This document shows positions 1 through 16,521 of a stretch of DNA of 64,000 bases, piece after piece. The stretch is from Eledone cirrhosa (taxonomy: Eukaryota). Below the pieces are notes generated by a model. That model worked only from the letters and a program-made list of their open reading frames with translations. It had not been told where the DNA came from and made no database searches. The position numbers were made by a program, and so were the translations under genes. Each line of letters begins with the position of its first letter. Positions within the stretch are counted from its first letter, which is position 1. The stretch covers positions 11,346,001-11,410,000 of the forward strand of contig OZ024754.1 of NCBI GenBank assembly GCA_964016885.1. The letters run 5' to 3'.

Positions 1-5895
<5,895 letters not shown>

Positions 5896-6504
5896 TGGTG
5901 GCTGCCAACTCGTTTTCGAGTACGGCCACTACTTTATATCCATGTAGGAGAACCCCTACTGATGCGCTGAACGAGTGTGACTTTTTAGTCCAGCCAGCGA
6001 CTTGAAAGCTCTGGTACAAACACTACACTTGTGACAATTATTGACACATAGTGCTGGGCCCATGGTACCATGTGACGACAAATGCAGAGAGATCTCCAGA
6101 TATAAAGCAATGCCTGTGCCGTGAAGCTTTTATAGTGAGCAAAGGCACTGCACAAAGCCAGTCCCACTCTCTTAACCAAGATGATATTTACCAAAAAGAA
6201 GAACAAGTCAACATCATTGGATACCATCAGGGTTGCAGGTGTTATATCAGAGTTTTCCTTCTCCTAGAATTCTGCCTTGACAAAGGCTAAGGGGTCATCT
6301 CTCCCGGTGATTTTGGATGGCCATTGACTCTTAAGAGCTCCTTTGCCTTTTGACAGGTTTTGTTTTTAGTCCTGCAGGATGTCCAAAGTCACCCTCCTCA
6401 CCAAGAAACCTTGGTGGGGTTGCCAGTTTAGTCGCCAACGACCCGACCATGGGACAGGTTGTACTGGAATACATGTTACCAGTAGCACCAACTGGTGACC
6501 TGAC
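5896..6504 (-). mobile_element. Short bipartite (internally deleted) non-autonomous RTE-type retroelement inserted in the TA array
   Basis: Minus strand has the RTE-like leader motif TCTAGGAGAAGGAAAACTCTGA, then a C2H2 remnant [24 protein letters not shown] near the 3' end; no endonuclease or RT between them. Confidence 0.6.
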
Positions 6505-6520
6505 ATATATATATATATAC

Positions 6521-6559
<39 letters not shown>

Positions 6560-6935
6560 CATACATATATATATACATACATACATACATATATATACAT
6601 ATATATATACATACATACATACATATATATACATATATATATACATACATACATATATATACATATATATAGATATATATATATACATATACATATATAT
6701 ATACATATATATACATATATATACATATATATACACATATACATATATATATATATACACATATACATATATATATATATACACATATACATATATATAT
6801 ATACATATACATATACATATACATATATATACATATATATATATATACATATACATATATACATACATATACATATACATATATACATATATATACATAT
6901 ACATATATACATACATATACATATATACATATATA
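6505..6935. repeat. (TA)n/(TACA)n microsatellite
   Basis: Directly visible. Confidence 0.98.
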
Positions 6936-7073
6936 TTGGAAAGTGAGGTTTTTTTTGCAAAATGAAAAATAACTGAGGTGTCCTACACGAGTGAAAGTAT
7001 AAAGAAAGAGGGATGAAATCGAAAATGCGACTGGAGTCTTAATTTAAAAAAATATATATATATTCATTTGGTT

Positions 7074-7111
7074 CCTTTACCGGTTTCGCAGTTCTTCTGC
7101 TTTTCAAAAGG
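7074..7111 (-). ncRNA. Minimal type-I hammerhead ribozyme motif, U3-A8 core variant (Penelope-type)
   Basis: Minus strand reads CCTT-TTGAAAA-GCAG(AAGAA)CTGC-GAAA-CCGG-TA-AAGG: stems I and II pair perfectly and loop 3 is palindromic. Confidence 0.7.
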
Positions 7112-7560
7112 TGAGTTGAGATGGAGGGTCTGTCGTTTTTCTCACATTTGAACACTACAGAAACAAGCATCACATTACATCCACCATAAATTTAATACAC
7201 TAACACCTTTGCTTAATATGCTCGTATACCTGTGTTATTTTAGGTGATACCTTTGCCATACAGTATTTATATATGCCTAATACCTTTGCTTGTTTCCTTC
7301 ATATATATGACTAACGCATGTGCACTCTCTACACGCTTGCATATGTACTGCTAGTGTCCTCATTCTTCCTTAATGCCTCTTTAATTATTAGACTATTACC
7401 TTGTATTCTGTCGCATGTATTCCACTCTGCGCTTTTAATCTTAATTTGAATTATTGTACAATTCTCGTATATGTCGCATCCATTCCACCCTGTAAATACG
7501 AAACTGTTGCTCACAACATCAATATATATGTATCTATATGATTGTTCAGTTGAATAGGAG
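7112..7560 (-). mobile_element. Degraded Penelope-like element remnant (possible GIY-YIG C-terminal region)
   Basis: Interrupted minus-strand frame containing ...QVYEHIKQRC, ending at a hammerhead motif. Confidence 0.4.
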
Positions 7561-7588
7561 GTTAATTTTATGTACAAACATTGATAAA

Positions 7589-7633
7589 GCTCTGATGATT
7601 CCAAACGAAAGTTTGGAAGAAACGATTGTCGAC
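7589..7633 (+). ncRNA. Hammerhead ribozyme motif (canonical core, weak stem I)
   Basis: CTGATGA-TTCCAAAC(GAAA)GTTTGGAA-GAAA-CGATTG-TC; GUC cleavage triplet. Confidence 0.65.
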
Positions 7634-7834
7634 AATAAAATGATTTGAACATAATTTTGATAATTGTGTAATTTATATATATATATATTTTTTATTATTT
7701 ATTATTTATTATATAATTTCAGAAGATCCCGTTAAGGGTGAAAGCAGCGATTCTGTGCTTGAATTTTAATTTGCACTTATAATATATATATCTCTCTAGT
7801 GTGTTACCTTTTCAACATATATATATATATATAT

Positions 7835-8179
7835 CATTTCATTCATCATTTCATTTTACGTCCGCTTTTTCCCTGCTTGCAAGGGTGGGATGGGAACAGA
7901 TTCTGGCTTGATTTCTACAGCTCGAAGCCCTTCCTAACACCAACCTCATTTACAGTGAGTGCTGGGTGCTTTTTTGCCATGGCACCTTCACGACCACTTT
8001 GCAGTGGAATGATAGGGACCGCAGTCCCTATCATCTCATTTCTACAGCTGAGTAAACTGGAGCAATGTGAAATAAAGTGTCTTGCTCAAGGAAACAACAC
8101 ATCACCCGGTCTGAGAATATTGAACTCGCAACCTTTCGATTGCAAGGCCAATGCTCTAACCACTAAGCCATGTGCCTCC
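7835..8179 (-). mobile_element. tRNA-derived CORE-like SINE with RTE-type 3' tail (family A). Further copies at about 19213-19503(+), 28954-29292(-), 59694-60022(-), 62424-62752(+); related heads at about 11200, 14420-14650, 15400-15615, 31200, 31680, 57240-57470, 58085-58292
   Basis: A/B-box-like head GGCTTAGTGGTTAGAGC...GTGAGTTCAATTC, CCTTGAGCAAGACACTTTA core, and a tail matching local RTE 3' ends plus (ATG)n. Confidence 0.9.
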
Positions 8180-8425
8180 ATATATATATATTAGAACATT
8201 TAAGCAAAGAATCACTGGTTTCACACTAGTACAACATTTTCTGAAACTCAGAAGATCCCGTAATAGGGTGAAAGCACCGATTCTTTGCTGAAACTTTAAT
8301 CTGTACTAATAATAAATATTTGTTCTACTGGTTTTATATATATATATATAAAAAAATCCTTATCGAGCCATCTTCAGATTTTGGTCATCATAATTATTAT
8401 TACTATATATATATAAATATATATA

Positions 8426-8614
8426 GGAACGAGTAGGACTCCGACGGCTGAGCTCAAGCCGTTTCGACGGCTAATTTAGTCCAGATTTAGCCGTTGAAAC
8501 GGCTTGAGCTCAGCCGTCGGGGTCCTACTCATTCCTATTACCCACTCTACTACCATAAGTATTGAGTACTTTGGTGCGTTATGGTCCATCTGGTTCCTTC
8601 CCACATTTCCTTCG

Positions 8615-8615
<1 letters not shown>
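8426..8615. mobile_element. Unclassified (TA)n-embedded element with a terminal palindrome of about 110 bp. Other copies: 25468-25657, 48000-48196, 48219-48352 (inverted), 62318-62394 (diverged)
   Basis: Five homologous copies, each flanked on both sides by TA repeats. Confidence 0.8.
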
Positions 8616-8651
<36 letters not shown>

Positions 8652-9121
8652 GAATATATATACACACAAACAGCTAATCTGTATCTATGAACACATACAT
8701 ATGTTCTAATAGATAACCATTGTTCTATCATAAAATAAATTGATCTGTAAAGATTGTTAGAATTACACCTGAGAGGGTAAACAGTAAAAACATTGCTTGA
8801 AAAGTAAAGAAAATAAGAAACTTATAATAACACGAGAATTTACAACATTTTAATAATAGAACCCTATTCTGCCATAGTATCAAAAGATAGAAAGCCCATC
8901 AGTCTTTACTGATCAACTCTTGAAAATAGCCTCTTGTTAACAAGTTAGAAGATTTTAGGTGAGAATTATCTGTATAAATAAATTGATGTCCACAGGCAAG
9001 AATCCTTGGTTTAAATTCATATTTCAATTTGTGAGCAATTTAATTGATAAAGAATTAAACCAAAGAGTGTTGTTGTTATGTTTGAAAGCTAGATTTCTAG
9101 TTCTGAAGAGTTTATTTTGTT

Positions 9122-9499
9122 TTAATTATTTTTATGTACTTTAATATTTGAAAATGATGAGTCTGTGTTCAGAGAGATTTGTACTTCTCGATCAATTAAT
9201 ACGACATTTCGTCGACACTGAAAACAAATATAAGTTCTACGTGGCTTTCGTGATGGTTCAGGATGAGATAAAACCTGAGCTATGAGGGTCATTGGTACAG
9301 TTTCAGTGTTTGAATTTTGTTTGTCGTTGGACAGGTCTTCATTGGAGTTATTAATAGAATATACCATTGCAGTAGGCGGAAACGTTTGCATTGGAATACG
9401 CATCAATTTAGTCTCTTTTGTTACAGGGGGTTCTTCCATGTTTATCAGCTCTTCCTGTGTCATATGGCATTTAACTCGTTCTTGAAGGTCTGGAGGCAA
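9122..9499 (-). CDS. TJAP1: TJAP1/BEGAIN-family protein, last coding exon (LPPDLQERVKCHM...KVHKNN*)
   Basis: Acceptor AG at 9500-9501, phase 0, open to TAA at 9122. Confidence 0.85.
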   Translation of the reverse strand: MPPDLQERVKCHMTQEELINMEEPPVTKETKLMRIPMQTFPPTAMVYSINNSNEDLSNDKQNSNTETVPMTLIAQVLSHPEPSRKPRRTYICFQCRRNVVLIDREVQISLNTDSSFSNIKVHKNN

Positions 9500-9654
9500 C
9501 TGAAAAATATACAACATAACTTTCTTTTAGAACAATGTTAACAGATGAAGAAAAACAGAGGAAATATTTCAAAGTATGTAACATATTCTTTAAGACTTTT
9601 CAAAGCTCCAAGATGATAGAATGTTGATAAGATGCCTGGTGGTACCTTCTCTGG

Positions 9655-9990
9655 CTCACACATACACTCCAACACACCTACGCACACTCCAACACACACA
9701 TGCACACCAACACACACAAGCACACTAGCACACACACACACACACACACATGTACACTAACACACACATGCACACTAGCACACACACACATACACCAACA
9801 CGCACATGCACACCAACACACATATATACACCAACACACACATGCACACTAGCACACACATACATACACCAACACACACATGCACACACACATGTACACC
9901 AACACACATGCACACTAGCACACACACATGCACACCAACACACATATATACACCAACACACGCACACACCAACATACACATCTACACACA
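9655..9990. repeat. CA-rich degenerate micro/minisatellite (intronic)
   Basis: Repeats of CACACACATGCACAC(TAG/CAA). Confidence 0.95.
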
Positions 9991-10146
9991 AACCTAATGG
10001 TTTTTCGCATTATTTATATCTACCAAATTCCATTGGCAAGGCTTCAGTTAACCAAAGGCTCATGGTAAAAGAGACTTTTTCTAAGATGTTAAGAAGTGGA
10101 ACCAAACATAGAATATCAGCTCGATACCATTATTACATACTAGTAG

Positions 10147-10340
10147 GGCGGTGGAATGGCAGTATTGGTAGAGGGTCAGACGCCCTTTATGATCTGAGTT
10201 CAAATCCTGCCGAGGTTAACTTTGCCTTTCATCCTTACGGGGGTCGATAAAATAAAGTACCAGTCACGCGCTGGGGTCGATTTAATCGACTTTCCTCTCC
10301 CCCAAAATTGCTGGCCTTGTGCCTATATAAGAAACCATTA
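10147..10340 (+). mobile_element. Second SINE family (family B). Other copies at about 13005-13170(+), 14990-15335 (foldback), 17140-17322(-), 21572-21760(-), 23739-23885(+), 26076-26262(+), 33868-34015(+), 34905-35052(-), 45117-45301(+), 46655-46835(+), 55902-56100(+), 61558-61733(+)
   Basis: Shared GAGTTCAAATCCCGCCGAGGTTAACTTTGCCTTTCATCCTTACGGGGTCGATAAAATAAAGTACCAG core with a B-box. Confidence 0.9.
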
Positions 10341-10377
10341 TTACATACTAGTGAGATATCAAGAAATGTAGACTTAC

Positions 10378-10461
10378 CGAGTTCAATTTATGGGCAATAA
10401 ATGTAGATGGTTTACACTGAAGTAATTGGACAGCTAAATTACAATCTTTACGATAACGATC
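10378..10461 (-). CDS. TJAP1: TJAP1/BEGAIN-family exon (DRYRKDCNLAVQLLQCKPSTFIAHKLNS)
   Basis: 84 nt, AG/GTAAGT boundaries; YRKDCNLAxQLLQC is the BEGAIN/TJAP1 signature. Confidence 0.93.
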
Positions 10462-10741
10462 CTAAAAGTTTAAATTAAAAATTCATGACAAACATAATGG
10501 AAAAAAATGGGAAAACTTATTACAGATAAGTATATTGGTGGTTGTTTAAAGTTCTTACTGCAATCTCCTGTCCATTAGCCATATCATCTGTATCAGGTAT
10601 CTTCAACTTGCAGGTCATGCCAGGAGAGGCAATGAACCTGATACAAAAGTTGTACTATGGGAGCCCACTAATGTGAAATGTAACTGCAGAAGACCTCTCA
10701 AGACATTAAGAAAGTCATTGAGGAAGATACAGAATTATCTG

Positions 10742-11123
10742 GTGATATGCGGCAGCTGGAGAGAAATGAAGCAAACATGCTCCGTTGGATGTGCAATGTC
10801 AATGTGCGTGAACGACCAAGCATAGACGAGTTGAGAGAGAAACTGTCTATAAGAGGGATAAGCTGTAGTGTGCAGGAGAGAAGACTGAGTTGGTACGGAC
10901 AAGTGATGCGCATGGAGGATGACCGCTGGGTAAAGAAGTGCCAAGAAATCCCAGTAGAAGGAAGACCACGAAAATCATGGACGGAGGTGGCGAGAGCTGA
11001 CCTCAGATCGCTGAAGCTCACGGAGGAGATGACGAAGGCCCGTGACGAATGAAGCGATGCTGTGCTGAATAGAACCTGTCCCACCCTTGCAAGCAGGGAA
11101 AAGTGGACGTATGATGATGATGA
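10742..11123 (+). mobile_element. RTE LINE 3' fragment. Similar fragments at about 36225-36627(+), 36790-37005(+), 11570-12095(+), 34180-34745(-)
   Basis: MRQLERNEANMLRWMC...GRPRKSW motif and (ATG)n tail. Confidence 0.9.
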
Positions 11124-12716
11124 AGAATTGAGTCAGATAATATTGGATCACATGAGATGGAAAGTTTTGATCATATCACCACAAAGAAGTGGATGAATTT
11201 AGTAGTATATCAGTGGTTAGAGGACTGGACGCTCAATCATGTAGTTGTGAGTTCAATTCCTAAACTGGGTGATGTGTTATATCCTTGAGCAAAACACTTT
11301 ATTTCACGTTGCTGTTTCTGCAACTGGTAGATAATATCAGCAATTGGAAAAACCAATGAAAACATTGTTTCCTTGGTCTGATTTGAGTTGCACATCACTC
11401 AGTAAGTGAATGAGGTCTGGAATTTTGTCGTTGAATTCCTTTTATATCAGAATAATTTCAATGATGATGCACGACCCCCAAAACTAATAAGAAAATCCAG
11501 CTGCATCAAAAATAGTTAACTTCGTGTTAACATATTTAACCCTTTATAATTTACATTATTGTAAAAAAAAGTGCAGGGTGATAAAAATAGACGGAGTAGG
11601 CAGACCCAGAAAAACCTGGGACGACTTGACAAATTCTGACCTCACACACTTACACCTCTCCAAGATAATATCACTGGACCGAGATCTTTGGCGCTACACA
11701 GTAATACAAAGCGAAACCTACAGTCAGTAGGCACCTCTAACAAAAACACCCCCCCGTCCCACTACCCCCACCCCATCCACACCTCCCCTTTCAATGTAAA
11801 GTTATGTTGGTACCACAACATCCAGTCCGAAACAAATGAGGTCGTGTTGGTGTCACGACAAAAAAAACACACAGTCCACGGTGTAATGTGGCCGTGTAGG
11901 TAACACGGTAAAAACCCCCCAGTCCACACTGTAAACGTGGTTGGTGTTAGGAAGGGCATCCAACTGTAGAAAACCCGCCAGACAGTCCTATACGAGCAAG
12001 ACAACAAATCTTGCCTCAAGTGGAAAAATTCCCGTCCAAACCCATGCAAGCGTGGAAGATGGACGTTAAACGATGATGATGATGATGATGATGTTGATTA
12101 TTCTATATCTACTATTGTATTTTCACGGTAATTATCTCACATAATTATGAGTGGTCAGTTACGGCCAGTTTGAACAGAAAGAAGTGAGAGTATTCTGGCC
12201 AGACACAGCTGGTTTAAATGCTAAAGGGTTAATCAATATTTTACAATATCATCAATTAACATTCAATTAGTGATTGACAAAACAGTGAGTAAATGTACAA
12301 AATTGTACCTAGTTTGACAAAGGAAAATATAATCTTAACTCAATTTCACCAAATTTAGTTAATATAAATATAATGTTGGTAATCTATGCACTGAATACAT
12401 GCTATAAAGTGGTTGGTGATAGGAAGGGCATCCAGTCGTAGAAAGCTTGCCAAACAAAGGGTTGGGAGGACCCTTTAGTTGTGTCAAGGACATGACACCC
12501 CCCCCCCCCCCAGTGGTGGCGATCAACACAATAAAAGCAACTAGTACATGCTGTAACGGGGTTGGTGTTAAGAAGGGTATCTAGCCATAGAAAGCTTGCC
12601 AAACAAGGGCTGAGGAGGACCCTTCAGTTTATGTCAAAAGACATGACACCTTCTCCTCTGCACTCAATATGACTGTACATAACCAAGTAGTGAAATGTTT
12701 TAAAGATTAAACTCAC

Positions 12717-12824
12717 ATTTTCTTCTTCCAGCTCACAGATAGTTACTTGACAGTCAACTAGTTTAGATGTAACAGCAGCATGTTCTTTCTGTATACTAGT
12801 TTTCTCTGTCTCAAATTTATTGAC
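12717..12824 (-). CDS. TJAP1: TJAP1/BEGAIN-family exon (VNKFETEKTSIQKEHAAVTSKLVDCQVTICELEEEN)
   Basis: 108 nt, phase 0/0, AG/GTGAGT; coiled-coil character. Confidence 0.92.
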
Positions 12825-13959
12825 CTGAAATTTTGAAGTTAAATATCACAAAAATGTAAAGGGAATTTTTGAAATTGCTTGTATCTACCATTAAGAACTT
12901 ATTACATTTATTGTTAATTACCATATTTCCCGGCGTCAAAGACGCTACTTATTTCCTAAAATATGTCTCAAAAATCTACCATGCGTTCTGGAGGCTGAAG
13001 GTTGTTTGGCAGTATCAGCAGAGGGTTGGACGCCATGCTTTGCAGCATAGAGTTCAAATCCCGCTGAGGTTAACTTTGCCTTACATCCTTATGGGGTCGA
13101 TAAAATAAAATAAAATAGCAGTAATACACTGGAATAATTGCTGGCCTTGTGCCAAAAGTAGAAACAATTATTTTTTTCCAAATTTTTGGTTGTCAAAATT
13201 AGGGTGTGTCCTAGAGGACGAAACGTCTTCGGCGTTGGCGTTGGTAAATAGGGTAATCAACCACAGTCTGTCAGTCTGACAGGAAGTGGTGACCAATTTA
13301 GCTTTTGGGGGTTCAACATGTTTCAGGTATTCCTGTGGTAATATTTAGAGAAAGACAGTTTGGTGACTGCTTTGGATATCATAAAGAAAATCAATATGAT
13401 AATGGTTTCTGATTTAGGCACAAGGCCAGCAATTTTGGGGGAGGGGAAAATTGATTAAATCGACCCCAGTGCATTACTGTGTCACTACTCCACACTAGAG
13501 CAGCCTCTCAACACATTCTACCATTGCTGCCTGAAACACATCCTAAATATCAAGTGGACTAACCAAGGTCCCAACAATAAAGTCCTAGCTTGCACCCAGC
13601 CACCCCATTTGCTCCTACAACAACACATCTCTGTTGGCTGGGTTACATACACCACAAGTCAGATGGGAGGACCCCAAAAGATCTGTTGTATGAGGGGCTG
13701 GCCTCCATTAAAAAGGCACATGGCTGACCGCATCTTTGTTTCAAAGACATCCGCAAGAGAGAGACATGTAGCCATCAATCATGAACATTGAAAGAGGGAA
13801 GATCATCGCAATTGATGATGGTTGGAACTAGGATAGGTTGTGAAAAGATGAGAGAAGCTGAGATTTTCTGCTAAGATTGGAGCAATAATGGTCTTATTTA
13901 CGTATAAACGTTATTCCTTTTTGAATATTCTGAAAGATAAAAAGAACCAAAATACTCAC

Positions 13960-14026
13960 AACTTTCAGGAGTTTATCTTCTAAATTATGGTTTTGTTTCT
14001 GAAGGCGCTTGTGACTTTCTAACAAT
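13960..14026 (-). CDS. TJAP1: TJAP1/BEGAIN-family exon (LLESHKRLQKQNHNLEDKLLKV)
   Basis: 67 nt, phase 2/0; NxxLEDKLL family motif. Confidence 0.92.
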
Positions 14027-14926
14027 CTGAAACAATTGAGAAATTTAGTAAAGAAATCTATTTTTATATCAAATTAAAATTTAACTGAGGTCATTTCCAA
14101 TAGTATTTTCATAGGGAAAGACATTTCCAAAAATGAACTGTTCAGTTAAATATTAATTGAAGAACTCCAGCTATACACTAGATAAATATAGATTTATGTA
14201 AAGACAATAGATTAACACTTATCCAAAACTTCAACATGACAGATATCATCATCTTTCTGGTCACTTGCTCCACTACATTAAATGTTATTATTTTTATTGA
14301 TACTGAGCATTTTAACAAATAAAGCATGACAGATTCAAACTTAATTGTAATTTACAGAAAAAACTCTTCCTTCATATTCTAAAGTCTGTTTTGAGCCAGT
14401 AGGTTTATCTGGCCAGTGCTTACCTCGGTTTCTGTGGCATGAAGCAACTGAGCATACAAGACTTCCGACTGGACAGGATGCTAGTCCATTGCAGGGTTAA
14501 ACTCCCAGCTACTGCTGATACTCATTTTCAGCTGAGAACACTGGAGCTATGTGAAATGAAGTGTTTTGCTTAAGAACACAACACATAGATCAGTCCAGGA
14601 ATTGGACCCACGACATCATGCTCATAAATCCAACACTAGGCCACACACCTCCACATTTCATATAGTTCAACTATTAACATCCTGAGATGATTTAGCAGAA
14701 AGTATCTAAAAACGTTAATTCAAATGTCTATAGTATTTTTACTAGTGGACAAATCTTTGTGGAAATTTACAGAGTTAGAGTAAAAACCTTAATTTTCCAT
14801 GTGATACAGTCATAGTTTTGTTAATGTGGTTCGATGTGGTACAGGACATTAAGAGGTAAACAAACCAAGCCAGACTGCTAACTCCATTTTTTTAATTAAC
14901 ATGGTCAGGCTTTCATCATGCTACTC

Positions 14927-15398
14927 CATTAAGTGAATGAGGTCTGAGATTTTGTCAATCAAATCTCAAATCTCTCTGAGCAGACCTATAATTGTTTCTA
15001 CTTTTGGCACAAGGCCAGCTATTACCCCAGTGTATTACTGGTACTTTATTTTATTGACTCTGTAAGGATGAAAGGCAAAGTTAACCTCGGCGGGATTTGA
15101 ACTCAGAATGGCAAGGGCCGTAACTCAATGCGTCAAGGCATGGTGTCCGACCCCCTACCGATATTGCCAGAGGGTCGGACACCATGCCTTGACGCATTGA
15201 GTTACAGCCCTTGCCATTCTGAGTTCAAATCCCGCCGAGGTTAACTTTGCCTTTCATCCTTACAGAGTCAATAAAATAAAGTACCAGTAATACACTGGGG
15301 TAATAGCTGGCCTTGTGCCAAAAGTAGAAACAATTATAGGTCTGCTCAGAGAGATTTGAGATTTGATTGACAAAATCTCAGACCTCATTCACTTAATG
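14927..15398. repeat. Near-perfect 227-bp inverted duplication with an 18-nt spacer
   Basis: Arms 14927-15153 and 15172-15398 are reverse complements; one mismatch seen. Confidence 0.95.
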
Positions 15399-15713
15399 AG
15401 TGGGGTGGAGCACGTCAAATTGGACTGAGGAAACAATGTTTCTATTGGTCTTTCCAATTGCTAATACTATCTACTAGTCGTAAATCCAGACAGAAGGAGT
15501 AACATGAAATAAAGTGTCTTGCTCAAGGACATAACGCATCGCCTGGTCCAGGAATTGAACTCACAACCTCATGATTGCAAATCTAGTTCCGTAAACACTC
15601 AGCCATGCGCCTTCATGGAGGTCTGCTCTATCAGGGCTAAAAACCACCATCAACAATACCACTGATGCAGCCACCACCACGATCAACTACAACAAGAAAG
15701 ATTTGAAATTTAC

Positions 15714-15878
15714 CTGTCATAACGGTCTCTAAGTCTGGATATTTCCTCTTTCACTTTATAAACTTCATATTCAGAAGCCTGTTTGCTGAGTAAGTGTTCT
15801 TCTTCTTTGTGATGGATATGCTGGTTGTTGCGAATAAGGTTACTCTGCAACTCTTCTATTTGTTGATGAAGATCTAAG
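15714..15878 (-). CDS. TJAP1: TJAP1/BEGAIN-family exon (LDLHQQIEELQSNL...KEEISRLRDRYD)
   Basis: 165 nt, phase 2/2, in frame with both neighbours. Confidence 0.9.
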
Positions 15879-16020
15879 CTATTGGAGGAAATAAGAACAG
15901 TTAATTAAACAGAGAAAAATACACCAAACTTAATAATTATAAAAATATTTCACACACCTCATAACCACTATACTTCCACCCATCCTTGTCCACAACACCC
16001 TTACACTGTAAACAAAATGT

Positions 16021-16521
16021 ATCCAGCCCACACCACTGTAAAGTGGTCATGTAGGTGTCACGACAAAAAGCACCCAGCCCACACTATAAAGTAGTCATGT
16101 AGGTGTCATGACAAAAAGCACCCAGCCCACACTATAAAGTAGTCATGTAGGTGTCACAATAAAAAGCACCCAGCCCACACTGTAAAGTGGTCATGTAGGT
16201 GTCATAACAAAAAGCACCCAACCCACACTATAAAGTAGTCATGTAGGTGTCATGACAAAAAGCACCCAGCCCACACTATAAAGTAGTCATGTAGGTGTCA
16301 CAATAAAAAGCACCCAGCCCACACTGTAAAGTGGTCATGTAGGTGTCATGACAAAAAGCACCCAGCCCACACTATAAAGTAGTCATGTAGGTGTCATGAC
16401 AAAAAGCACCCAGCCCACACTATAAAGTAGTCATGTAGGTGTCATGACAAAAAGCACCCAGCCCACACTGTAAAGTAGTCGAGTAGGTGTCATGATAAAA
16501 AAAGTAAACAGCCTACACTGT
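16021..16521. repeat. 48-bp minisatellite (about 10 copies) derived from the SINE family A 3' region
   Basis: Unit CACCCAGCCCACACTATAAAGTAGTCATGTAGGTGTCATGACAAAAAG; runs into the SINE tail TAGGAAGGGCATCCAG. Confidence 0.93.

Noticed and set aside
8360-8400. CTGAAGA-containing motif on the minus strand (sibling at about 26025-26070)
   Set aside because: Truncated before stem II closes and no GAAA follows, so it is not a complete hammerhead
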